IMG/VR virus record: IMGVR_UViG_3300020442_000011
Coordinates: 1-64,000 of that record
Reading direction: 5' to 3' (one strand)
Length of the DNA: 64,000 bases
DNA from: a virus
A program made the translations under genes and the position numbers. The notes beneath the pieces were generated by a model. That model saw only the letters and a program-made list of their open reading frames with translations. It was not told where the DNA came from and did not search any database. Positions 21,215 through 30,621 of this stretch are shown piece by piece; within the stretch, counting starts at the first letter, position 1, and the number at the start of each line of letters is the position of its first letter.

Positions 21215-23458
21215 ATGGACATTATACTGTTTAAAGAAGACTGGAAGAAATTCCCTTCAGCCATTGTTGATTACAATACATCCAATCAATCGTTCTTAAA
21301 ACTTGTGGACCTATACCACAAGATGGGTGTTGAGAACTGTGAATTCCCACTGGCGCTTTTACAGCCCGAGCTTGTGGGTGTTGATCCTTATAGCCCTGAT
21401 TTAACATCCGATCAAATGAAAATGATTGCCATGGAATGTAAATATAACCCATGGTATTTTTTCAGGGAAGTGTCAAGGATACCTCCTAACTCAGGTAACA
21501 AGCCTGTTCAGTTTATTGCCAACCGTGGTAACATCGCTTTATACTGGTCTTTCTTCAACCACATTGACTTTGGTCTACTACAACCACGTCAGACAGGTAA
21601 GTCGGTGAGTACCGACGTATTGACGGATGGCATCACAGACATTTGGGGTGAGCGAACTACTGTATACCTGATTACAAAAGACCACGCACTTCGTGCTGCT
21701 AACATTCAGCGTCTTAAGAAGATGCGCGCTTTGCTTCCCGAGTATTTGTTTTATAACCGTCGTGAGAATGGCGATAACAGCGAGATGCTGATCAACGCCA
21801 TGTTGGGTAACTACTACAAGACGGCGGTAGGTCGTAGCGATGTTGTTGGTGCTGATAAACTCGGCCGTGGTCTCACCGTACCTATCATCCACTTCGATGA
21901 GCTTGCATATATCTCTCTTGTTGGTATTTCGATTCCTGTTGCACTTGGTGCAGGTTCACGCGCACGTGCGGAAGCAAAAGAGAATGGTCAACCTTACGGT
22001 AATATCTACACCACTACCGCAGGTAGCTTGAATAATCGTGATGGTTTATTCGCGTATAACTTCTTAACCAGTGGTGCGACGTGGACCGAGCATTTCTTTG
22101 ATTGTCGAGACCAGAAACACTTTGCCCGTCTTGTTGAGAAACAATCTACAGCCAATAAGAAAGAAGATAAACGAGCCGTTAGTAAACCACTCATCTACGG
22201 CGCCTTTAATCATCGCCAATTAGGCAAGGACGATTTGTGGTTGTTCTCTATGTTGCGTGAAGTAGCAGCAACCGGCGACATTGCAGACCGTGACTGGATG
22301 AACGTATGGACAACTGGCTCTGAGGGATCACCCCTCACCTTAGATGAGAAGCAGGCAGTTAACCGTTCAGTCCGTGAAGCCGACTATACGGAGATTACTG
22401 AAGAAGAAAGTTACATTCTTAACTGGTACGTCCCGTATAATCAGATCGAACATTACATGGACACCAATACGTGTGTTCTAGCAGTTGACCCAAGTGAGGC
22501 ATTGGGAAGTGATGCGGACGCCACCGGCTTTGTGGTGATCAATACAGTCACTCACGATGTGGTGTGTACTGGACGTTACAATGAAACTAACATCATCATG
22601 TTAGCCAAATTCATTGGTAAGTTTTTGATCAAATACAAGAACGTCACTTTTATTCCAGAGCGTAAGTCAACAGGAACCACCATCATCAACACCCTGTTTC
22701 TTCAATTACCCCAAGCAGGTGAAGATCCGTTCCGCCGTATTTTCAACCGTATTGTGGATGAGCGAGATAACTTCCGTTCCGAGTTTGAGGAAGTACGTAG
22801 TAAACCACTAAGCAGTCGTTCACCCACTTGGTATGAGCGTTTTACTCGCCACTTTGGTTATAATACGGGGAGTAGTGGTCGTCATGCTCGTGATAACCTG
22901 TATGGTGCTGCCTTGAAGTCCATGTTGCGTTTAGGTGCTCACCGTATTTACGATAGTGCATTAGCAAATGAGATTGTCGGTCTCACAACCCGTAACGGTC
23001 GTGTGGACCATAAACAAGGTCAGCACGATGACTTGGTTATCAGTTTGCTACTTGCTCACTGGTTCTGTACCAAAGCTCATAACCTCGATTGGTATGGTAT
23101 TGATGCTCGCCGTGTATTCACCGATGCGGTTGTTAAGGAAAACAAAACACCGCAAGATGAATATAATGCTGAGATTGACCGCCAGTACCGTGAGGAGTTC
23201 CAGGCGATTATGGACGAATTATCCGATATGGATGACCCGGCCATGATTCGTCGCATGGAACTAAAAGTGCGCCGTCTATCTCAACGTATCGATATCAGCG
23301 AACATGACGGTGTCGGTATTGATGCTATGATCAAACAAGCGCAGGATGAGCGGGAACGTAAGATGAAGATCAGTCGTTACCAGGGTCGACAAGCACGTAT
23401 CCAAAATACTCGTCCAGCATATCCCATCAACCGTGGTGGTAACTACCGCCATTTTTAA
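21215..23458 (+). CDS. terL: Terminase large subunit
   Basis: Walker A QPRQTGKS, Walker B IIHFDELAY, coupling motif TTT, nuclease LAVDPSE and HDDLVIS. Confidence 0.93.
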   Translation: MDIILFKEDWKKFPSAIVDYNTSNQSFLKLVDLYHKMGVENCEFPLALLQPELVGVDPYSPDLTSDQMKMIAMECKYNPWYFFREVSRIPPNSGNKPVQFIANRGNIALYWSFFNHIDFGLLQPRQTGKSVSTDVLTDGITDIWGERTTVYLITKDHALRAANIQRLKKMRALLPEYLFYNRRENGDNSEMLINAMLGNYYKTAVGRSDVVGADKLGRGLTVPIIHFDELAYISLVGISIPVALGAGSRARAEAKENGQPYGNIYTTTAGSLNNRDGLFAYNFLTSGATWTEHFFDCRDQKHFARLVEKQSTANKKEDKRAVSKPLIYGAFNHRQLGKDDLWLFSMLREVAATGDIADRDWMNVWTTGSEGSPLTLDEKQAVNRSVREADYTEITEEESYILNWYVPYNQIEHYMDTNTCVLAVDPSEALGSDADATGFVVINTVTHDVVCTGRYNETNIIMLAKFIGKFLIKYKNVTFIPERKSTGTTIINTLFLQLPQAGEDPFRRIFNRIVDERDNFRSEFEEVRSKPLSSRSPTWYERFTRHFGYNTGSSGRHARDNLYGAALKSMLRLGAHRIYDSALANEIVGLTTRNGRVDHKQGQHDDLVISLLLAHWFCTKAHNLDWYGIDARRVFTDAVVKENKTPQDEYNAEIDRQYREEFQAIMDELSDMDDPAMIRRMELKVRRLSQRIDISEHDGVGIDAMIKQAQDERERKMKISRYQGRQARIQNTRPAYPINRGGNYRHF

Positions 23459-23478
23459 GAAGGTGTTAACGACATAAG

Positions 23479-23504
23479 AGACCTCTCCCATTTGGGAGAG
23501 GTCT
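23479..23504. terminator. Bidirectional hairpin (CCCA-TGGG family)
   Basis: AGACCTCTCCCA-TT-TGGGAGAGGTCT between convergent terL and dcd. Confidence 0.8.
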
Positions 23505-23513
23505 ATGTTTGCT

Positions 23514-24092
23514 TTACACACGCGGTAAGGTAATCTCAGGGTTCTGATTCTGATATTTACCTAGACGGTCGGCATAACTTTTCAAGCATTCCTTATCACC
23601 TGTTAAGAAAACCAATTGAAGAACACCTTCGTTTGCATAGAAACGGTTAGGTAAACTCGTACCGTTGGCAAACTCAAGAGTGATGTACCCTTCCCACTCA
23701 GGTTCCAGAGGTGTGCACAGGCAGTTAATACCTGCTCGAGCAATCGTGCTCTTACCGATACACAATGCCAATACATCACGAGGAATACGAACATACTCAA
23801 CACTACGTGCCAGGATAAATCCATTGGGTGGGATGATAACCTGATCCGCATTAACAGTCTCGAAAAGACTATCGTCGAAGTTCTTGTAATCGAGAACACC
23901 GTTCTGATTTGTGTTCTTAAAAACTTTGAACTCCGGGGCGGCACGAATATCATAACCGTAAGAACTCAAACCAAACGAAGCGATCCGCTCACCGTTGATC
24001 TCTTTAATGGAGTCAGCGACAAATGGTTCGATCATCGGGTGTTGAACGTGTGTACAAAGTTCGGTGATTTTCCTATCAGAAAGTACAGACAT
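23514..24092 (-). CDS. dcd: dCTP deaminase
   Basis: SFGLSSYGYDIR, GKSTIARAG, TPLEPEWEGYITLE, YANEG, KYQ.Q. Confidence 0.95.
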   Translation of the reverse strand: MSVLSDRKITELCTHVQHPMIEPFVADSIKEINGERIASFGLSSYGYDIRAAPEFKVFKNTNQNGVLDYKNFDDSLFETVNADQVIIPPNGFILARSVEYVRIPRDVLALCIGKSTIARAGINCLCTPLEPEWEGYITLEFANGTSLPNRFYANEGVLQLVFLTGDKECLKSYADRLGKYQNQNPEITLPRV

Positions 24093-24129
24093 AACAATAA
24101 CTCGCTTTAGTTAAGACTGTACTATTTCT

Positions 24130-24158
24130 GTTGTCGGTATTTTATTAATACCGACAAC
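24130..24158 (-). terminator. Hairpin after head-protein paralogue
   Basis: GTTGTCGGTATT-TTATT-AATACCGACAAC. Confidence 0.6.
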
Positions 24159-24200
24159 GATTTTAGCTCTCTTTCCGTATGACCAACAGTTATCAAACGC

Positions 24201-25133
24201 TCATTGGTCATTTTTGATTGATTTATAGACATACTCGCCTAATGCGACGCCGATTTGGAAAACTATTTCTTGTAAGGTGTCGATGATACCATAGAAACTG
24301 TCTTCGTCATGAGGTTCGAATAAAACTGATGTATTGATCTTATCTGCGTACCGATCATCTTTCAGAAATTTATTCGCGTATCGACCCCACGGTTGATCGG
24401 TGATATCCATTGCCCCATAACGAAAATCATCAAGATCGAGAAGAGCCATTAGAATATCGGTATTTTTATTGATGATTTTTTGTAACTCACTTAGTTCTTG
24501 CTTTGTGGGTGCCTTTACTGTTAATGGACCTACGTCATCAATAATGAATGTGGTGTCCCACTCATCATCGGGTATAAGGAAAAATGTCGATTCTCCCAGA
24601 AGTGGTTTGCTGAGTTTCGGTGCTTTTTTACTCAAGCGTTCAGGAGCCTCTTTATTTAACTTATCAATCAAGGCCACCAGTTCGTCAAAATGGTCCATTC
24701 CTGGATATTGTCTATCGAACGCTTCTACCTCCTTCTCAGCCTTTTTGATGAATTTACAATAGTTCTTAACACCTGGCTTGACTATCCCAAGGATACGGAT
24801 TAACTGTTGATGGTCTGATTTTATTTCGGCGATAATGTCATTAACCTGTTTTTTATTTCGGGTAAATGTCGCGGAGGATCGCTTAGATAGTTTTATTTCA
24901 TCAGATGGTAATAAGACTATCGAGTCAATTTTCATACGTGCAAACTTAGCTGCAAAACTATCATAGTCAAAAGGGCTCATCCGGTCACCTTCTTCCCTGG
25001 GTGTTTGACCTTTAGACTTTTTATTTTTAAAGGCTTCTTTGATTTTGTCAAAGAAGCCTTCTGTAGACACAGTGATGCGCTTCTCTGTTGTTCCTAATGG
25101 AAAATTTGTTTCAAGTAAGTTACGTAATGACAT
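24201..25133 (-). CDS. Putative head/inner-body protein, paralogue 3
   Basis: N-terminus MSLRNLLETNFPLGTTE..VSTEGF, with an S-x-E prohead-protease-type site. Confidence 0.6.
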   Translation of the reverse strand: MSLRNLLETNFPLGTTEKRITVSTEGFFDKIKEAFKNKKSKGQTPREEGDRMSPFDYDSFAAKFARMKIDSIVLLPSDEIKLSKRSSATFTRNKKQVNDIIAEIKSDHQQLIRILGIVKPGVKNYCKFIKKAEKEVEAFDRQYPGMDHFDELVALIDKLNKEAPERLSKKAPKLSKPLLGESTFFLIPDDEWDTTFIIDDVGPLTVKAPTKQELSELQKIINKNTDILMALLDLDDFRYGAMDITDQPWGRYANKFLKDDRYADKINTSVLFEPHDEDSFYGIIDTLQEIVFQIGVALGEYVYKSIKNDQ

Positions 25134-25237
25134 TTTGGGTCGTCCTTTTGGTTAGGGTTAACGACGATAAGGTATAAAATACCCTTCTATCAATACTATT
25201 TTGGAACTTTCTATCTACGGCGAGTAAAATTCATAAA

Positions 25238-25265
25238 TAGAGACCGACATTTACGTCGGTCTCTA
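25238..25265 (-). terminator. Hairpin
   Basis: TAGAGACCGAC-ATTTAC-GTCGGTCTCTA with CATA/TATG flanks. Confidence 0.65.
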
Positions 25266-25272
25266 TGCTAAC

Positions 25273-26217
25273 TTATTTAATCGAACGTTCGATCCACAAG
25301 ACTAATGCGCCAAGAAGTTCTTTGCGATTCCATACACCGAAGTGTATTCCAAAAACAGAACTTAATCGACTAAATCCTAGCATGTCGTAATAACGCCCAG
25401 CATCACCGAACTCTTGATCAACCAATTCGGCAAATTGTGGTTCTCTTTCTTCGTCAATTACGATTTTAACTGCTTTGTCGATAAAATTCTTATCACCAGC
25501 AAACTCACCATCGAGAATAGCAACAGCCATTTTGGCAACCTCTACGATTTCTGAAGCGGTTAGCGGCGGTATGGTATCACCATCGGAAACGGGAATATCT
25601 TTTGTATCGATATCAGGTAAACCGTATTTATCGATGGTCAACTTCGGTTCAATAGATCCTAAAAAAGTTTTAGGTAGGGGCGGAACGTTCCTGAGTGGCT
25701 CCAGGTTCTTCCTTTGATCGGCGATGGCTTTCTCAATAACGTCATGTGGTTTGCCGTCGTACTTGTCTGCTGCTTCTTTAAGATCAACTTTAAACTTACT
25801 GTGCGTCGCCTGCACGTTTTGTTTTACTTTGTTACACGTGCGTAAGTAAGCTTCTAAGAAGGTCTTTAGTCGCTTTTGGCCTTCTTTGACATTATCTAAC
25901 GGGTTGTTTCCAACCCGCCCATCAAGACTGATTGCAGATGCAATACCTGCACCGTTGACTGGATCGGTATGGAGCTTTTGTTTAGCGACCCATGTTGGGT
26001 TACCGTAAAACGTCTTTACTATTTTACGGAACTCTTCGATCGATTTCCTGTTATCTTTGATTCCACCGGTAACGTCTTCGACATCAAATGTCTTAGGGAA
26101 TTTACCCAGTAGTTTCTTAACGCTTTTCACAACATCACTAAAGCCTTCAGTAGATACGGCCATATGTTCAGTTGTTCCGAGCGGGAAGTTAGTTTTTAGC
26201 GTATCGCGTAGTGACAT
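25273..26217 (-). CDS. Putative head/inner-body protein, paralogue 2
   Basis: MSLRDTLKTNFPLGTTE..VSTEGF, C-terminal ERSIK. Confidence 0.6.
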   Translation of the reverse strand: MSLRDTLKTNFPLGTTEHMAVSTEGFSDVVKSVKKLLGKFPKTFDVEDVTGGIKDNRKSIEEFRKIVKTFYGNPTWVAKQKLHTDPVNGAGIASAISLDGRVGNNPLDNVKEGQKRLKTFLEAYLRTCNKVKQNVQATHSKFKVDLKEAADKYDGKPHDVIEKAIADQRKNLEPLRNVPPLPKTFLGSIEPKLTIDKYGLPDIDTKDIPVSDGDTIPPLTASEIVEVAKMAVAILDGEFAGDKNFIDKAVKIVIDEEREPQFAELVDQEFGDAGRYYDMLGFSRLSSVFGIHFGVWNRKELLGALVLWIERSIK

Positions 26218-26229
26218 TTTCGGTATTCC

Positions 26230-27189
26230 TTAAGACTGAATAGACTTTCTGATATAAGAAATGAGCACGTCTTGAAGCTGGCCCAATCTTTCGGATAGCT
26301 GATAAAACAACCCCGTGCTTAGCAATTCGAAGTTAGGCATGGTATACAACATTAAAAGACTCTGGTCTTTATTGCCTACTTCTTTGTAGTAACCACGGAA
26401 AGGCGAGTCGCTAGCATCAACACCAGTACAGCCTTCGTTCTCTGTTATTTGATCGACGACATTACCCAGTGCTATCACCTTCTTAACTAACTCCGCAGCT
26501 TTATCGGCTTCTTCGGGTGTTAAGGTATTGACCTTGGTATCGTTTACCTTGATGGGTTTTGGCTGGGTATCGTCAATATGGAAAAGACCATTTTCAGTAA
26601 ATGACTGTTTACCATAACCAAGGAATTCCACATTAGGTTCTGAAAAACCAGGGCTGATCGGTGAAACGTAACTCTCCCATTTTTTCATGAGCTTGGCGAA
26701 TTCGTCTAACCCTTCAGGGTGTTTATCGCGAGCTTCAAAGGCTTCCGCTTCCTTTTTGATTTTGATAACCTGTTTATTGTTATTAATAGCTTGGGTCTTA
26801 TAACGATTGACGAGGTTCTGATAAACCGCGAGGTCGGATACAACTTCTTTAAGAAGGTCATCGACTTTCTTATTGCCGCGATAGAAGAAGGCTGCGTGTT
26901 TAACCCCTAAGTCAACAGTACCTTCCTTAAAAACATGTTTGGAAGGTTTACCTTTAATAATGTTTTCCTCAGCCCATTTAAAATTACCTTGTACCTCTTC
27001 AGAAGACTGTGTGGTTTTATTAGCGTCAGCGGTACCTTGATCTTTCTTTGATTTGAAAGCACTGAGTCGACGCTTAACAAAATCTTTAAAGCCTTCCTCT
27101 GAGACAACAAGTGTTTTAATCGAATGTTCAGGACCATACTCAGTGGTACCGGTAGGGAAGTTTTTGGTAAGTGTATCGCGAAGTGACAT
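26230..27189 (-). CDS. Putative head/inner-body protein, paralogue 1
   Basis: MSLRDTLTKNFPTGTTE..VSEEGF, C-terminal RKSI. Confidence 0.6.
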   Translation of the reverse strand: MSLRDTLTKNFPTGTTEYGPEHSIKTLVVSEEGFKDFVKRRLSAFKSKKDQGTADANKTTQSSEEVQGNFKWAEENIIKGKPSKHVFKEGTVDLGVKHAAFFYRGNKKVDDLLKEVVSDLAVYQNLVNRYKTQAINNNKQVIKIKKEAEAFEARDKHPEGLDEFAKLMKKWESYVSPISPGFSEPNVEFLGYGKQSFTENGLFHIDDTQPKPIKVNDTKVNTLTPEEADKAAELVKKVIALGNVVDQITENEGCTGVDASDSPFRGYYKEVGNKDQSLLMLYTMPNFELLSTGLFYQLSERLGQLQDVLISYIRKSIQS

Positions 27190-27379
27190 TTTGGATTTTC
27201 CTTTTGGTTGGGGTGTTTAATGATCAGTAAGCAATTGTTTAATTCCGTAATAGAACATACGGGGGATAAACATCAAGATATCGAAAAAACAACAGCAGGG
27301 ATAGGATACCCAATTCTCAAAAAAGGATGACCAGAATCCTTGCTTCTTTGGTTGTTTCTTTTTACGTCGCATACGTTTC

Positions 27380-28618
27380 TCACTGACTATAGTAATTTTT
27401 AGTAAGTGTTCTCAAGGCAATATAGAGAAGAACACCCGTCCTTACCGAGGCAGCAATTGATGCGTTGCGAGAACGCACAGACGCGGCTACTAATCTATCC
27501 GCATCCTTACGTAATTTCATCACCGTTGTATCAGTAGAACGAGAAGCCATTAATAAGTTTCTTAGTTTGGCAAGTATGTTAGCAACATCACCACCACGAG
27601 AAAGAAGGATGCGGTTTTCCTGGAGGTAGTTGAAAACATACACAAGCGTTTCTTGGAGTAACTCATCTAGGTATTTCTTTCTAGGGTCGTTATGATGCGT
27701 ACTCATATATTTGAGCGCATCGACCAGTAATTCAGGTGGCATGGTTTTCATTGCCGATGAAATAACACCTACTAATTCATCGCGAATAAAACTGCGTTCA
27801 TTACCTACTACTTCCCGTATATAACGTACGTAAGAAGCATAGTCGCTATGACGATCTCTCAAAATCATTTCGCCATCTGTAGTCATTACCGTGGATGATA
27901 CAGAACGGACGCGTTGTCCTGACTCCTTGGTGTTGATATACTCCTGGTAGATCTTTTTAACTAGCTCGCGTATACGACCTTGGGTATCTGTGACGATACG
28001 TATTACCATGCCGTCAGGTGCAAAGTCACGGATCGCATTACGGTAAATGGAATTCACGCTCACAAGGTCCTCAGAGCGCGCTAGAAGGAGTTTACGCCAT
28101 GAACCATACCTACGGATATCAAAACGTCCAGAAAGCCTCATATACGTCGCCTGGGCGATCTCAGGGTCTGCCGGATAACGGAAGCGTGGAATGAGAAGTG
28201 ATGTCAGGTAACGATAGTGGAGTACCATGAATGCATGCACGCAGGCTTCTTTCTTTAATGACTGGGGAATAGAACTTGCTGACTGAATTCGGTAAGAGAT
28301 GTAATGAGCCGCATAGATAGGCGTGTAGTTAAATACGTCCCCCATGACATTGAACGAATGGTTAACCGAAGTTACTTTCTTAAACGCTGTGGCAAGAAGC
28401 GTTTCATCGATATCTAGAACTTCATCGTACCAGCGTTCACGATCGCTCTCTAGGAAACGAATAGGGTGAACACCCATTGTCACACCACCGAAGAAATTGG
28501 CGTGGTCATCGTTACGTGTCATGAAGTTATTTGAGAACTTGATGATGCGTTGACAAAGTTGTCTATCGAAGCTGACATCTTTAAACTGTTCATCGAAGAC
28601 TTCTTTTAAACTGCTCAT
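27380..28618 (-). CDS. Conserved Chimalliviridae core protein (phiKZ gp32-like)
   Basis: 412-aa helical ORF, HANFFGG..GVHPIRF. Assignment from recalled similarity and synteny. Confidence 0.55.
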   Translation of the reverse strand: MSSLKEVFDEQFKDVSFDRQLCQRIIKFSNNFMTRNDDHANFFGGVTMGVHPIRFLESDRERWYDEVLDIDETLLATAFKKVTSVNHSFNVMGDVFNYTPIYAAHYISYRIQSASSIPQSLKKEACVHAFMVLHYRYLTSLLIPRFRYPADPEIAQATYMRLSGRFDIRRYGSWRKLLLARSEDLVSVNSIYRNAIRDFAPDGMVIRIVTDTQGRIRELVKKIYQEYINTKESGQRVRSVSSTVMTTDGEMILRDRHSDYASYVRYIREVVGNERSFIRDELVGVISSAMKTMPPELLVDALKYMSTHHNDPRKKYLDELLQETLVYVFNYLQENRILLSRGGDVANILAKLRNLLMASRSTDTTVMKLRKDADRLVAASVRSRNASIAASVRTGVLLYIALRTLTKNYYSQ

Positions 28619-28651
28619 AATGGTATCCTGGAGAATCTAAATGATTTTAAA

Positions 28652-28661
28652 TCTACATCAT
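28652..28661 (+). promoter_or_regulatory. Early promoter motif
   Basis: TCTACATCAT upstream of the 28719 gene. Confidence 0.55.
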
Positions 28662-28718
28662 TTCAGTGCAAATGACGTCTCTCATAATTCCCATACCTAT
28701 TAATAAAGGAATTTTATC

Positions 28719-29117
28719 ATGCTAAGCATCCTTGAAACACGCGGTGAAGTACTTCTTGATCACAACACTTCCATGTCCAGCAGTGTACTTGCTCGTGTCG
28801 GCAATACCTCAATTGGTAAGCCCACTGAACAACAAACACGCTTAATTAACTATGTGACAGCTGAATTATCTTTCCTTCTTCGTTGTGTTGAAAACGAAGT
28901 GCTTATCCATAACCTGAGTGATGGTGATATTACTGAGTTTGTTATGGGTACTATCGAAACCCTTCCAAGTAAAACACGGGAAGTCCTCGATATCGATACA
29001 AAAGTATTCAATGTCGATGATCACCTGTTTCAGAAGGGCTTCGCGGTTACCCTTAACCGCGAAGGTGAACCCAAGTATCGCGTGTACATCACGCAACGGC
29101 ATTACTTTACCTGTTAA
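28719..29117 (+). CDS. Hypothetical protein
   Basis: 132-aa ORF, AAGGA RBS. Confidence 0.65.
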   Translation: MLSILETRGEVLLDHNTSMSSSVLARVGNTSIGKPTEQQTRLINYVTAELSFLLRCVENEVLIHNLSDGDITEFVMGTIETLPSKTREVLDIDTKVFNVDDHLFQKGFAVTLNREGEPKYRVYITQRHYFTC

Positions 29118-29128
29118 ACGGAGTTAAC

Positions 29129-29308
29129 ATGAACCACAGTGAAAAAATCAACGCGTATAAGCATATCGAAACACCTTGTCGCACTAAAGGATCGCGCGTT
29201 GATATTAGTGCTGGATCTATCGGATTTGTTGATGGGCGTGAAGTATTTCGAACGAAGTTCGCGAATGCATTGGCTAAAGCTCAAAAGCGTTATCAAACGG
29301 AACGATAG
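29129..29308 (+). CDS. 59-aa basic hypothetical protein
   Basis: Not in ORF track. GGAG RBS. Sequence MNHSEKINAYKHIETPCRTKGSRVDISAGSIGFVDGREVFRTKFANALAKAQKRYQTER. Confidence 0.6.
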   Translation: MNHSEKINAYKHIETPCRTKGSRVDISAGSIGFVDGREVFRTKFANALAKAQKRYQTER

Positions 29309-29780
29309 TTCCCATTAAGAATCCAATCGTCCAATAACCCATTTCGACATATTGACTGATCGATTCGTTTCATAGGCGTAGCCGTTATGAATCGATCAGC
29401 AGTATGGAGATAGGTTTTTATCTTTTATAAATAAACGGATGGGTGTTTGTTCACCCATCCTTCCTTATGTTTTATTGTGATAACAAAAACAATTAAAAAC
29501 AATAAAATACTTGGGTTTATGATAATTTGTAAAAGAGAGTTTCGAGCTGCGCGAGAAACGACAGATTTGGGGGTTTGGGGGTAGGAGGAGTTGGATTCTT
29601 AAGGAAGAGGAGGAAGGGGTAAAAATCCCCTTCCGATATACACGAAAAATACCAAGGAAAAATCACATGAAACATGAACAATCCTATTGCTAATGAGTTG
29701 AATTAAAACTACCTAACGTAATTGTAGTTCTTCTCGATTAAACGGTAAAATAGGGTGCTTTCGAGCACCCTTTAATTTTT
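29309..29780. other. Long structured non-coding region (candidate ncRNA or origin/packaging element)
   Basis: No ORF of 60 aa or more. 12-bp long-range inverted repeat 29315-29326/29591-29602 encloses several hairpins, an A/T-rich tract and G-runs. Ends in a UUCG terminator. Confidence 0.5.
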
Positions 29781-29781
29781 T
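29752..29781 (+). terminator. Rho-independent terminator
   Basis: AGGGTGCT-TTCG-AGCACCCT followed by a T-run. Confidence 0.75.
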
Positions 29782-29792
29782 GAAGGTGTCTC

Positions 29793-30455
29793 ATGTTTAA
29801 AGTTCAAAGGCGTGCGTGTCCTGTGCGAATTGATACTTACAGTTCAGCTGTAGCGTCGACATTAGCTTATTGTGCCAATCAAACAATACTTTCATTCTCC
29901 GAAGCCGCGTTTAACGGTCAACGGTCATGGGATGAAATACAAAGCGATATGCAAAACTCAAAAGTGATGCAGCTCGTTTTCAGTCGCCATATTCGACAAA
30001 CGTTCGTATCGTCTGTTCCTGATTTCCATAAAGAATATGGTGATTGGTTGGATAACATCGTTATGTTCCTTGGGAAATATTGGGATGAACTTTATCGTGA
30101 CCCAAGTCGAGAAGAACGTGTAAAGAACATTCTTTATGGGCAAACCAACCTCAATATGTTCCATTTCGAATTTGTCCGTAAGGACGGCAATCCAATTCCG
30201 ACCCATGTAAATGTAAGACTTCGAGATAACGACGGTACTCTTTTGGATGTCCAACCAGTTGAATTCGAAATTGGTACATCCGAAATAGTTGACTTTATGG
30301 ATATTCCCGACTATCCGGTGTTTGGCGAAATAAAGACAACCGATAATTTCCTCACCAAAAAGCCAAAAGTAATCAGCATTATCTATACTCGCATGGATGT
30401 GGACTTCCCAACCTTCCCCAGTGAACATTTTACTCAGCTGCGTTATGATACGTAA
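29793..30455 (+). CDS. Hypothetical protein
   Basis: 220-aa ORF, GAAGGTG RBS. Confidence 0.65.
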   Translation: MFKVQRRACPVRIDTYSSAVASTLAYCANQTILSFSEAAFNGQRSWDEIQSDMQNSKVMQLVFSRHIRQTFVSSVPDFHKEYGDWLDNIVMFLGKYWDELYRDPSREERVKNILYGQTNLNMFHFEFVRKDGNPIPTHVNVRLRDNDGTLLDVQPVEFEIGTSEIVDFMDIPDYPVFGEIKTTDNFLTKKPKVISIIYTRMDVDFPTFPSEHFTQLRYDT

Positions 30456-30573
30456 CTAAGCATGTTACTTGGCATAGTGAGTCCCTGTGATATCCTCGAA
30501 CACTATTTGATGAGAGTCGTGTTCACATCCCTTCCTCTGAGGAATCTCATCTCGGTTGTTAGCCCGACCATAT

Positions 30574-30599
30574 AGACCCCTCCCATTTGGGAGGGGTCT
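30574..30599. terminator. Hairpin (CCCA-TGGG family)
   Basis: AGACCCCTCCCA-TT-TGGGAGGGGTCT with CATA/TATG flanks. Confidence 0.75.
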
Positions 30600-30621
30600 T
30601 ATGCATCTAAAGAGGTATGTG

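Noticed and set aside
29667-29706. Tiny ORFs MKHEQSYC and MNNPIANELN after AAGGA
   Set aside because: Too short to support without ribosome profiling.
30505-30545. Hammerhead ribozyme (TGATGAG)
   Set aside because: It lacks the full CUGANGA core and a correctly placed GAAA.
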